A stretch of 63,762 nucleotides of DNA, counting the filler, from Lenisia limosa (lineage: Eukaryota; Protista; Breviatea), in the NCBI GenBank assembly GCA_001655205.1. It is 13 parts of 13 records of this genome, joined end to end, with 100 filler letters (N's around TTAATTAATTAA, not from the genome) between each part and the next. Parts side by side here need not be neighbours in the genome. Positions count along the whole stretch, not along the records: positions 13,088 to 15,987 come from LPNZ01006802.1; positions 16,088 to 18,219 come from LPNZ01004401.1; positions 18,320 to 34,684 come from LPNZ01007911.1; 10 more parts are not named here. The stretch is one strand, 5' to 3'. Position numbers and translations under genes: made by a program. The stretch's first letter is position 1, and every line of letters starts with the position of its first letter. Of this stretch, positions 13,522-25,400 are shown piece by piece. The notes under the pieces are model-generated. The model saw only the letters and a list, made by a program, of their open reading frames with translations. It did not search any database and was not told the origin of the DNA.

Positions 13522-15703
13522 ATGGCAATTCCATCAGTAACTGGGTCTCATTCGATCGATCCACAGACAAAAAAAGCAGAATCGTATCATTTGCGGCTCT
13601 CAGATGAAATTATACGGCTCTTGACAAGCGGTGGAAAGTCATTCATCAATTTACAGGAAAAGGTTAGTTCTGCTTTCCCTCCTCTGGCCTTCTAATAATT
13701 ATAGTATATTCGTATTGGAGATGAGAAGATCCCCATCACCATCCTGTCAGCAAAGGGCATGAGCGTTGTTCGCTTCTCTGACAGCATTGAACCTTCGTTC
13801 GTGTTCTGTGGACATGGAGACAAGCGAATTACAATCAACAAGGTTAGTTAGAGATACCAAAACCATTGAGGAATGTGATTTATTGACGTAAGTAAAGAAA
13901 TTTCTTTTGATTTTGTCAATATCAGTTGAAAAGGGTAGGGTGTAACTACTATTTTGAGAGTGCAAAAATATATTAGAAATAGGTATACCTTTTAAAAAAT
14001 ACTACATATATTGAGAATATTGTTTTGGTTGGTTTCTTCTCCAGTATGTTGTCTTTTTCGGACTTTAGGGAACCCCTAATTATGCATGTTGAGTGAGAGT
14101 AGTACTTTCTACTCCTCAGTCACAAATAACCTCATCAGAAGAGTTACACGGGAATGGGGGTTGGTAATGAATCAAGTTTTCCCCCAAAACTTGTAATGGA
14201 TGGAGTGAGGGTGAAGGATAAAGGTTTAGGTTTAGATATAAAGCGTCACACACTCAGAGACAGCGCGTGGTTTACCTTATCAGGTCCCGTCGTTTATTAC
14301 CTATTACGATCACTGAGTCTACATAATAATTAGATTACCTGGTACTCTACTTGTCTGTATGTGGTTCTGTCAACATTATGGCCTAGGCTTCACTTCTGTC
14401 TGACAAAAACACTAAAAGTTCTCAATAAAACCTCGAAACACTATCATTTTTTTGGAAGGAGTGAATGCCTAATCATGACTGTTCTAGGCTGTTTCATCCA
14501 AAGAGAAGGCGGTTCTCGAGGAAAAGAGCAAAGTGGCTTCCGCCAAGCATCGAGAAGTCAAGTGGGTGCAATTATTGATTATTAGAGCTTCTACTCCTAA
14601 AAAGGACTGTATTTCTCGATAAATCGTCAATAATTAGCGATATTTCCCTGTCTCTTTTGGTCCAAAGGGAATGGATCTCCCTGTTATGATCTAAGAGGGT
14701 TGGGTGATTGAAGAGCTGTCCAAACTATCAACTTAACAGGGAATACAATTATATTGCCAGACCCAGGGCTAATTCCGAAAACTAACTATTTAGGGTTCAG
14801 CGGCTTGATAGCAGCAGTTCAATTCGATCACGGAGTCGATCAGTGCTCAAACGTAGTCTCCCAATTCAGAACAGGTGAGCGGATATCGCAGGACGGGCAA
14901 AATAGTAAGCCACACTTCTATTATTTCTCAATTTTGGTGACAAAAAGGTGATTTAATGACTTTTTTTGAATATCTGTTGTACTGTGCTCTTCTGATTTAT
15001 TTTTTTTAGAGCAAAAAAAATATTCTAAAATATCAAGAGAAATAAATTCCATAAGAAAAATATAGTCTGAGAATCCCTTGTTATGTATTACATCCCTCTT
15101 GTTAATTTAGTTTATTACGCTTCAAAGGGATGTGCACAGATTTTTGTTTTTATTATTTTGCTACATAATAAATACTATTGCAACAATAACACAGTTGATA
15201 TTCTGTGTTTTAGTGTAGTTTTGTTTTTTTGTATCTGTAAGTTTTCAGATTTACTCCCCCCCCCCCCTAACCACCAAGTGCACGCGAATCATCAAGAACG
15301 CCAACCCCGCGGCAGCCGAACTCAAGGTCATCGTCTTCACCACCGCGCTCCTCCTCCGCGCCCAGAACTGCTTCATCCCGGGCCGCCCCTGCTAAACCGC
15401 GTAAAATCCCGGATGACAGGGCTGAGTGGGGGGGGGGGNNNNNNNNNNNNNNNNNNNNNNNNNNNNNNNNNACCACATATCATATGCATATACAGTGACC
15501 TTGATTAGTCTTGACCTATTCCTGAGGAATTCACATGGCAAATAGGTCAAGACTTATCCCGGTCAGTCTATATATCCAATATATGATCTAACGCCGCAGT
15601 TTCCTCGTTCTTCGGCATTTTGCAGTAGCAGCAAGCAGTAAGGACCAGGCGGCACGTGCGTTGGAAATGCCTCGTGACCAACTCGAGTATCTAATCAAGA
15701 AGG
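13522..15703 (+). CDS. Putative ELL-like Pol II elongation factor (multi-exon, 3'-truncated)
   Basis: MAIPSV...YHLRLSDEIIRLL...FVFCGHGDKRITINK resembles the ELL N-terminal domain (HVKLTDSAL / LG.IQDKITV). An S/R/P-rich linker follows, then a helical exon FLVLRHFAVAASSKDQAARALEMPRDQLEYLIKK. Confidence 0.35.
15491..15570. mobile_element. MITE family B (~80 bp; TA-CAGTG termini, Tc1/mariner-like)
   Basis: TACAGTGACCTTGATTAGTCTTGACCTATT...AATAGGTCAAGACTTATCCCGGTCAGTCTA forms a ~30-bp imperfect TIR. Confidence 0.75.
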
Positions 15704-16087
15704 TTGGCTGGGAGATACTTAGGTGTTGTTAAAAGGTTGGAGGGTATATCATGACATCTTGCCATATTGTTTTTGTATTATTTTAGTTTAATAAATCTGA
15801 GAGCGATATGGCTCGGGCTTTATATCTTCAACTCAAGACTTAGTGTGTATATATAGCAATGAGAAATAAAAAAATAAGGATGTATCTGGCCGAAGCCGTC
15901 CACACCTTTATGTGTATAATAATAGATCCTCCGATACTGTTCTAATTTTGCAAAACCTGCTGATTAGCATCCCTTTGATACTTTTCCNNNNNNNNNNNNN
16001 NNNNNNNNNNNNNNNNNNNNNNNNNNNNNNNTTAATTAATTAANNNNNNNNNNNNNNNNNNNNNNNNNNNNNNNNNNNNNNNNNNNN

Positions 16088-18170
16088 TTTGTCACAGGCA
16101 CAATCTTCCCATCTATTACTCATCGCAGTGGTGTACATAGTGGAAAATATGAGTAGTTTGTGGTATTTCAGCATAGTCGTAATCTGATTATAGCACCACC
16201 AGAGAGTTTTTCGGGTTGTTGTTTTACAGAGTCGGCTTTCTCACCCACCCCCAGCGTCGCGACTATGAAGGATTCCGTGACGCATCTACTGCCGTTCAGG
16301 ACGTCATTGCAGCGTACGATGATGTCACTAACGCTGAAGGGGTGTCGCAGGTCGATAACGCTGTCGTAGCTAAATCAGGTTTGTTCCTGGGCTGTTGTTT
16401 AGTTTTTGTTTCACTTTTGTTTTCTTATTTATACTATATAGTAGACCGGCATTGCTGGGAAATAAACTCTCATATTTGCAGTCAAAAAGTGCTCTGAAGT
16501 TGTTCGTGCGGCTTTCTTTGCTACTGAGAACTCTGATTGCTCCTCTACTCTCTTTGCGGTTTGTCCATTTGAATTGGGTTTTTAATAACAATAGGGGGGG
16601 GGGGGGGGNNNNNNNNNNNNNNNNNNNNNNNNNNNNNNNNNNNNNNNNNNNNNNNNNNNNNNNNNNNNNNNNNNNNNNNNNNNNNACAGTGACATTTCCG
16701 CTGCATCAAAGAAGAAAACAGCCCCCCACCCTGTCGAGAAGTGCCACGTATACTTCGACATGAAGGTCGGCTGTTTGCTTAGTTGACTCTGTATTGGTAC
16801 ATGTTTCATTAATCGCTATTCACTATGTTTTTTTTTGCAAGAATTAAGTTTCACCTATTTTTTGTCTGGAAAGTAAAGTATTTGAAGATTTGATGAAAGA
16901 GCTGATGTTTCATCTTTCACTTACTTTTGCTTTCCCACCTTTTTTTTTTACTTCTTTAGGCTGCCATTTGTTCAGTTGGAGAGGCGACTGAGTTCAGATT
17001 CTCACTCTACAACAAGCAAGACGACAAGTTAGAGCGGGGTGGTATTATGGGAATTTATCAATTTGTATACCATTCGGACCAAATCTATCATAGCTTTTTC
17101 TTCATAGCGGTTTAAACAAACAGCAGTAACCTCCCAGATTTATCTCAGAGGAGTATTTCGTAGCTCTGACGCCTATGGGTCTGCCCTCCGACACAGATCT
17201 TTATGGAAAACTGCAGACCATCTTCGCTAACATTGATGTTAAGATGATCCCCAACCTCTACCTTGTATGTTGGGTGTGTTGTCAAAGTTACGAAACCCCT
17301 TCGTATTTTATGAAGAATGTCAAAGCCAGTTGTGTCTTACACACTTGAGCATTGTGTCATTAACGGCAATGGAGGTTACCAAAGCTGTAGTCCTTGATAA
17401 AACCAGTTGAATGTTGTAATTTCGCAGGTCTGTCGTATGACTCGATTTGGCCGAATGATTCATGACGATAAAAAGGAGAAGTCCAATGATTTCCGCCGTC
17501 CCTGCGCTGTGTCCGTCCACAAACTAATCGAAGGAAATGTTGGGGGGGGGGGGNNNNNNNNNNNNNNNNNNNNNNNNNNNNNNNNNNNNCATAGTATATT
17601 GTGACACTATCGATTTGATTCTTTGTGACCCGACCTACAGCCTCTCGAGACTGAACACACGATGCCGCTCTACCAGACGTCCAATGACGCCCTCTTCTCG
17701 AAACTGCACATTCAGATCATCGGCGAGTCCAACCAGTACCAGTTGCTGCCTCGGTCCAGCGGTGTTCTTTTCTCATACAAGATCGTGCATGACTCTATCA
17801 ATACCGTGGGGGGGGGGGTCTAAAACCTTCTTNNNNNNNNNNNNNNNNNNNNNNNNNNNNNNNNNNNNNNNNNNNNNNNNNNNNNNNNNNNNNNNNNNNN
17901 NNNNNNNNNNNNNNNNNNNNNNNNNNNNNNNNNNNNNNNNNNNNNNNNNNNNNNNNNGCTTTTTTCGTCTCATAATCTTTCCAATTTTACTCCGCCGTCC
18001 GCAGGTTGTAAATGACCCGGCTCATGCTGACGCCACGCTATCGCTCCCAATGTCCTTCTGTGTGCCTCCTGGCGAGACCGAGCGAAACGACCTGTATGTG
18101 AACCTCAACCGCTGCGACATTGACAAGGCCGCTGCAAAGTCCTTCGAAGTGTCCCTCAATGTTGGCGGTG
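16088..18170 (+). CDS. DOCK: DOCK180-family (DOCK1-5-like) Rac GEF, internal fragment extending into DHR-1/C2
   Basis: Exons VGEATEFRFSLYNK, FISEEYFVALTPMGLP..LQTIFANI, CRMTRFGRM..FRRPCA and PPGETERNDLYVNL..AKSFEVSL match DOCK1/2/5 motifs (FISENYLV, LRRPFG, PGDVRNDIYITL, NVEV). Confidence 0.85.
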
Positions 18171-18597
18171 GAGATAGTATGGTGTCTGTGTTGTGTGGAG
18201 GGAGCGATCCTGATGTTTGNNNNNNNNNNNNNNNNNNNNNNNNNNNNNNNNNNNNNNNNNNNNTTAATTAATTAANNNNNNNNNNNNNNNNNNNNNNNNN
18301 NNNNNNNNNNNNNNNNNNNTTGATTTGGGCTGTTTTACAGCCAACAGGGTTGATTCGGGTTGTATGTCAGCCAACAGGGTTGATTCGGGCTGTTTTTTTT
18401 TGTTTCATAAATTTTCCCATTTTACTCTCCCTGCGGTGTTGCAGAAGCGACTGGTCTGGGCTTTGTTTTTTTTGTTGTTGTTTTTTCGTTGTCAACCCTC
18501 CTGTGTTAGAGCCAGTAGAGCTGATTCGTTATTTTTACTTTTTCATAAATATTCCAATTTTATCCCCTCCCTCCCCAGCAATCCACTCTTCCCCTCA

Positions 18598-18813
18598 GCC
18601 TGACCCTGGCATGGTTCAGTTACTTTTGGACCACATTGCTCAACTGACCCCTGCAGAAGTTTCGGTTCAGCCGAGGAGAAAGTGGGACTTTTTACGTACC
18701 TTTTTTCTTTGTTTGATGGTGTGTTTTTTTATTATATTGTTTTGGCCTTTTTTTTCTGTTTTGTTTGGTTTTGATGCCGAGCTTAAACTAAAAGGAGGAG
18801 TGTTACCTCGTTA
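18598..18813 (+). CDS. Last exons of a hypothetical protein
   Basis: Exon PDPGMVQLLLDHIAQLTPAEVSVQPRRK lies between a CAG acceptor and a GTGGG donor. A probable terminal exon LKLKGGVLPR* follows. Confidence 0.35.
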
Positions 18814-18964
18814 AGTATTTTTGGCTCTTTAATATAATCCCTTTACATCTTTTTGCTTATCTTTTTCTTTTTTAATCTTTGTTTTATTTTGTTTTCAGTT
18901 TTTTTTTTTTTTTTTCAAATCTTGTGGACCTTTTTTTTTTGTTTTTATCTTTATCCATTTGTGT

Positions 18965-19964
18965 CTAAGCGGGATTCTGCCTAATTGAATTAACATTTAC
19001 AAACAAAAGGTAAGGTTTCTCTTGCGGTGATAAACTAAATATAAAACTGCGTGGCAGCCATGAGGATAACCCCAGCTCTAAAACAATCGGGATACAAGCT
19101 TTAGACTGACCTCGACTCCTGCTGTCATGGCGTTGGCGAAAAACCACCATGTTGTCATACGACGTAATTCAATGGCTGAGATATCGTTGCCTTCAGCGTT
19201 GGGGGGTCGCCTAGGGGGTCAAACACACAGGCACACAAAAAGAACTTAAAAAAAAACGTTGAGCACTCCATTGTGGTTTTCGTCAGTTCGCCAGTGTTGT
19301 CGTAGATCTCATGAGGGAAAATGGAAACGTTATTGGCTATCATTGGTACTCCGAGTAGTGCACGTCCACATGAAAGCACTTCCCCGCCATACCGCGTGAA
19401 TCCACAGCAATCATAAACTTGAAAGTTGGATAATTTTTTATTCTGCGAAAAGCAAGAAGACAAGAGGTTCATGTATTTGGGTTGGTTGGTCCGAACCTCT
19501 GACTTGTCGATGATGTAAAGTCGTATTTTAATTTATCTACAGTTCAGTCAGTTCCTTACATTTCTGATGGCACTTGTTGAGGTGGCAAAGAGTCAATCTC
19601 TTGCCGTTCTTGTGTGTACCGGAGAGGTGGTCGGGGATCTTGGAGAAGCAGGTCATGGTGAACTTGATATTACCCTTGGCATGCTTGTAGATGTCTCTGA
19701 ACACAGTCTGGAACCAGTTCTCTGAAGAGGAGTCCAGAGGAGCATCCAAAAAGCAGAGCACCATAGAATCTCAGATCCAGAGTTGCTCTAACATGTATTC
19801 AAATCCCGTTGGCACGTCTATTTTCTGCTGCCTCTCGGGGGGCTGTAGAGGTGATTAGCTAATTTGTATGACTCTTCAATAAACTCTAAGGTAAGAAAGA
19901 ACTCGTAGTGTTTTTGAACACATACATCTTCTAATTCAGCATCAGTAACATCTTTTTTCATCAT
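18965..19964 (-). CDS. Hypothetical multi-exon protein with a weak GT-B (GT4) glycosyltransferase-like C-terminal motif
   Basis: Strong third-position C/G bias in WFQTVFRDIYKHAKGNIKFTMTCFSKIP. GGEVLSCGRALLGVPMIANNVSIFPHEIYDNTGEL loosely resembles the GT4 motif EA.A.GVPVIA.NV..PE.V.D..TG.L. Confidence 0.35.
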
Positions 19965-20129
19965 TGTTTCCTCAATTTTGTCGTCGAAAACTAGCACCTA
20001 CACAGCCATAAATGAATATAGCTAGCATGATAATAAACTATCGTATCATATCGTTATGCTATTATGATATAGTCACATATTTTTTATCATGTGCAATCGA
20101 TATTTATCTAAACTGTTGTTGATTTTCTG

Positions 20130-22080
20130 GGTGCCTTTTCAGTAAGTAATACGGCTGAGACGACGTTGTCTTCAGGGGTAATCATTTTATCCCGTGCCGC
20201 ATTTCTTCACCAGATATTATTCGGACAGTTGGGAATGTTTGAAGAACAAAGGAAGATGATGGATGCACTTATCTCTGAGAGTAAATCTTAAGTAGTCAAG
20301 TTGCCGCTGTGTCCGCTCGTACTCAACCCGGTTTGAATAGCGGCCGGAGGCAACTGCGAGATATTCCTTCGCATAATGGGTAAAAGCGTTTTGACGGAGT
20401 GGTTGAATGAAAAGGTGATAATAGTATACCTTGACGAACTTGGGAAAGTGATTTTTAAAATAATAAACGAACAATTTCCTGACAATGGTTTGGAGTTAGA
20501 TTCCGTTTTTCTCTCTCTCTCTCTCTTTTTTAAGATTGACTCTTTTTGGATAGTGTTTTTTTTTTTGCTTATTTTTTATTTATTGTTTTTGGGGTACTAC
20601 TATTTGTTACTTTGGGTCTGAAGCAGTATATTAGCTCTGTTAACCCAGTACTACAACACCAGCACAATCTTCAAACTCCTGTTTGATGAAATCATAAAAT
20701 TTTACATGGTTTCTGTTAATTCGGGGTGAAGGAGGAATAATGAGCATAAGTAAAGACAACGGGGAAACTTTGAAACAGCAAACAGGGACGGTTTTTAATT
20801 TCTTTAACATCTTGCGGTGTTTGCTTTTGTCTTTCGAAGCTACATTCTTTTGTCTTTCGAAGCTACATTCTTTTCTTTTTTATGTTGCACTTTTATCCTC
20901 TTCAGGTCAAAGCGACCCCGCTGTAGCCGACCAAAAGAAACCTGAAATTCGCCATTGCGGTCGGAGGGGGGGGGGGCAGATGAGATTTTTGGTGATTGAG
21001 AGGGGGAGTGAGGCTTCACTCCGGTTCGAAAAACTCGATAATATCGATAGTTTTCGAGGATATATCGAGATATTTAGTCTTTTTTCGAACCGAAGTGAAG
21101 CCCGAGGGGAGAATGGGTTTCCCAAATTGCTCGGTGTGGCAGGGAAGAACTTATTTTGGGTATGTTTGATCACAAATAGACGCACTAAGTGTCACAAAAA
21201 AGAAATATTCCAAAAAGCGTCTCATCTTTTCTCATAGAGCACATTTGGGTATTAGCAAACTTATAACTTGCAGAATACACACACAGAACGGCAAAATTGT
21301 TTTCCAATGGACTTCCGCACCAGCTCATCTTATCTTCGGATCTACTGACCAGTTTACTACTACTATTGACACTGCTGCCCATGCGTTTGGTGAAACTGGT
21401 ACCGTTACTGTGACTCTCTTATGTCTGAACTCTCCACAACCACTACAATGAGCTTTACTCGTTCACCAATTGCCCCAAGTGCCCGCAGCCCCAAACAAAG
21501 CGCTATTATAGACGTGTCTGCATCGGAGGCCTTTGATGGCGGTTTCATACTCCTGGTCTTGCGTTTCACCGTCTTCTCTGTTCCCTTGCACTGATCGCTT
21601 TGATGAGCCCCTTGTGTTACTCGCAGAAGAAAGCTCTGACGTGTCGTCTGAGATCTATATTGAATCTTCTGACTCTGATGATTCTTCAAGCTCTGCACTT
21701 CTCTATGTGGCGATTGGTCTGGTTTTTATTGGAGGTGGAGGAGCCGGTGCTCTCGTTGTGCTCCACTAGTTTTGTAATTCTGTTCATTCTAAACAGTAGT
21801 ATTTATTCTGATATATTTCATATTTCTTTGGAGGATGATTCATGCAACCTTTGCCCTCTTAATCTTATGAATGCGATAGGATGACTATATCATACAGTGA
21901 AACGGTTTTGGAGGCCGGGTCTAAATACTGAATGTTATGTTATGGTGATGTAATGAACGAAATCTTGATACCTTCATTTACCATGACAAGAAAGAAATCT
22001 GACTATAGGATTGTACAGAAGCCACCGGTCATTGAGGCTACAGCGCCACAGGCCGCCGTGCATGCGCCTAATAAAGGTCA
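20130..22080 (+). CDS. REJ/PKD-like surface protein with a C-terminal TM segment; apparent frameshifts (possible pseudogene)
   Basis: Segments KIVFQWT..TVTVTL, SAIIDVSASEAFD, SYSWSC..FPC and TM ALLYVAIGLVFIGGGGAGALVVL lie in different frames with no intervening splice sites. Confidence 0.3.
21012..21103. mobile_element. MITE family A (~95 bp, ~27-bp TIRs), intronic
   Basis: GGCTTCACTCCGGTTCGAAAAA...TTTTTTCGAACCGAAGTGAAGCCC. Confidence 0.85.
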
Positions 22081-22499
22081 TGATTATCATTGTCGATTCA
22101 AATGGTCGGAGAAAAGACAATATCCCTGGGTCAAATAATCTATTGAATATTTCGGGCTAATGAATCGGAAGCGACGAACTCATGTATCTAATATACCACT
22201 ATCTAAATTCAAAATAAAAAATTCCAACAAAAAAAATCCAAAACAAAACAAATCCTGGAGGGTACAAAGGTGAAAATCTCAATTCAGGAGCAGCCCAGTT
22301 GCGGTGGCGGGTCAGTCCAATCAGAGTATCACCCATATGGTTCTTTCTTCCACCAGATCCTTATCTGTCAGTTCTCTCTTGTCTTCAACAGACTTTCAGA
22401 TTCGACTCATTTATTCCTGTCCTTCGCCTTTGCCCCCCCCCCCCCNNNNNNNNNNNNNNNNNNNNNNNNNNNNNNNNNNNNNNNNNNNTAACGTTTAAA

Positions 22500-25400
22500 G
22501 AGGAAACCTGGTGAATTTTGTTTGAATTTTGTTTGCAGAGTTGTCGGAAAAGTCCATCAATTTCACCAATCCAGATACTTGAATACACTTAACATCCGCC
22601 TTGCTTCACATCACAATTGATAATACAGTTATAATATTACAAAATAATATAGACAGGGAACTGTGCGAAAACTGTCTAAGTTCACACTTCAATCTGAAAA
22701 GTCAATCAATCTATCTAATTTGAGTCCAAATTTGTGAACATTATATCAAAAATTGATAGCTTATGAAACAAAGTAAGGCTGGTTTTAGTGAATTAATCAA
22801 TTTAACAACTATCTCTCATGCTACCTGTTTTGGGAGCATATTCAAGGGGAACATTTCTGAAGAATTCCTAAATGGTTAATTACACAAAAAGAAAACAACC
22901 AATTCCGAAAACAATTGTTGAAAGAAAAAAACAGAATAATGGTGATCACTCACTTTCGGCCGGAGCGAATCTGTAGGAAATGCGCCCTAAGAACACCCTT
23001 CTTCTACTCATGTTAAAAGGAATACATCAATTTGTTTCGTTGAAATTCAATTTCCATTTTCAAAATACTCCTCCACTTCTAAGCAATAAACTGAACACCA
23101 TGGTTATGCAAAAAAAAAAAACTTTACAAAAATATACAACTGGCTCGGATAAACCACATTTATGCAAAGGAAAATGTATTTTGAATTCAAGATTATTTTT
23201 TCGACAACTTGATCAACACGATCATTTCCCCATACCATCATCGATTTTTCCTTGTTATTGACAAACGCAACTTGAGGGAAAAGGAAAATAAGGTAGAAGA
23301 TGACCCAAATGGCAACTGTTAAGATTAATATTAAGAAAATATAATAAAGAAATTGGAGGGATTTGGTAAGTGATTAAGTTCATATGATTGGTGATTGCAA
23401 CCAAATTAAAAATAACACCTACTGAATGCTGGACTTAAGAACATTATCAGGTTTAATGTCACATCCACAGAGCCAGAGCTGCTTAGTTCGTTCTAATCAG
23501 TGTAATGATCAGTTTCGACAAATTCACAAACATTATACAATATGAGGATTATTAGACAAAATAATTTCTTACCGCAGTGTCCTTAATTTCATTCATATAG
23601 AAACGGTTTTTTTCTGAGGAAAGAATGGTCAAAACCAGTAGCAATGGTATCAAAATCTAAATATGTTAACAACATTAAAGCACTAAATGAAAATACTTTT
23701 AAAGAGATATTCCCAAAATGGCAAACTTAAAAACAATGAGTTTCATTTATATAAGAATCTGAAATAGCTAAATTGATATTGTCAAGTCCAGAGAGAACAG
23801 TACAATGACAGAATAAAGTGATGTTAAAATTGTTCTCATACAGTTGAAGTAATTCTCTGCTTGTAAAAATGGCGTCTTCTTGCGAAAGGGACCAAAAACA
23901 GCATGAGAAGAAGTGCATAAACTCCTGCCAAAGGTTCCTGTTGTTATGAGTAAAAGTGTACCACTTTATATATCGCCCAACTTTCATCACAACAAAAAAA
24001 CATGTCATCCCTGAATTCATTATTCTTTCATTTATATTAACACACAAGATGCATATCCCGAATAAGTAAACACCCCCAGGGACCATATACCTGTATATAT
24101 TATTTATACTAAGGTGCCGTGGAATTAATCAATGTAATTTTGTAATTTTGCATCCTCTTTATTCAAACTTATCAATTGGCATTTTCAACAGTTTTAAAGT
24201 AAAAATGACAACAGTAGATTGAAAATACCTACTGTTTGAAGATAAAATATCTTCAACAAACAAAAAATAAACAGGGTTTTAAGGATCAAAAACAAAGGTT
24301 GTACCCAGCGATAAATACGGACTTATATAATTGATTGCTAAATTGCCAATTAATGGCAGGGATGAAAAAAATAGTTGAAAAAATTAATTGCAACCGTCAA
24401 TTAATTGCACAACACCCTAAAGAATATAAATATAGTATTTATTAAAAGTATTTAGATAGTATTATATTTGCTACCTGGTACCCACGATCATCAATAGAAT
24501 ATCGTCAAATGGCTTGCATTGGTTGTGAATTGTTGAAAAATCGGTCGCTGTGTGATGAAACATGAATTAGGTGATTAAAAACACAATAAACGAAATACGA
24601 ATAAGTAATCCGAGCCTACCTGGGTTTATCTCAAGATAACATGAATTACCGTTGAAATAAATGGAGGCAGCAACTAAAGGTTATTATCAATGCCACTATT
24701 TGTGAAATCTGTCATGTTTGATTGGATAAAAATAAAAGAGTATTAAGCCTCGCGTCATATTTTGTAAGACAGTATTTGGCGAAAACATTGTTAAATATGC
24801 CTATTTTGCCATATGGGAATATAAATGCAATGATGAAGATGTTTTAGATCAGATCATCCTTTAAAGATAACACCCATCGCAATACTCACATGTTGAGAGA
24901 GGCCCAACAAAGATGTAAACACAAAAAGTCATAATCAAGAAAGCCGTCGGAATGGATACCCCTAAATATTTAAGAAGCAACTGGTAGATTCAATGAAATA
25001 TCAAAAAAAAAAAAATTAAAAAAAAATTAGAATAAACCAAATGATTTGAAGTAATAGTTTTGTCACAATTACAACTTTGCAAAAATTCTACATGTACAAA
25101 CAGTGAGTGTAGTCCATTGAATAGATGACTTCTTTTGCATTTTGAACCTACAGGGTAAGACTATCTAATATCTCGAGATATATACTATACATAATATCAA
25201 TATATATCATATACTATGTATAATATTTACATAGTATATGACATAATATATATTTATACATCTTTAAGCTAATCATCCAACCAACCTGAACATGGTCACT
25301 TGGCCCAGCAGAACTTAAATTAGAAAGATGAGTCTTGTCTGAAGCTGCCTTTTGTTCCATTTTGTTACTAATCTCAACAGACTGAAGAATCGAGCCGAAA

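Noticed and set aside
19740-19830. In-frame TGA (LWI*DSMVL), and similar TGA/TAG cases at ~5725, ~10337, ~30870 and ~45290, as evidence of stop-codon reassignment or selenocysteine
   Set aside because: Most can be bypassed by a plausible GT-AG intron or another frame (10337 and 30870 remain unresolved junctions). Trp is encoded by TGG in conserved motifs, and genes appear to end in TAA, TAG and TGA.
23395-23480. Kinase-like DIKPDNVL on the minus strand
   Set aside because: The exon phases fit the alternative hydrophobic frame (SVDVTLNLIMFLSPAF) that joins the neighbouring TM exons, and no other kinase motifs occur in register.
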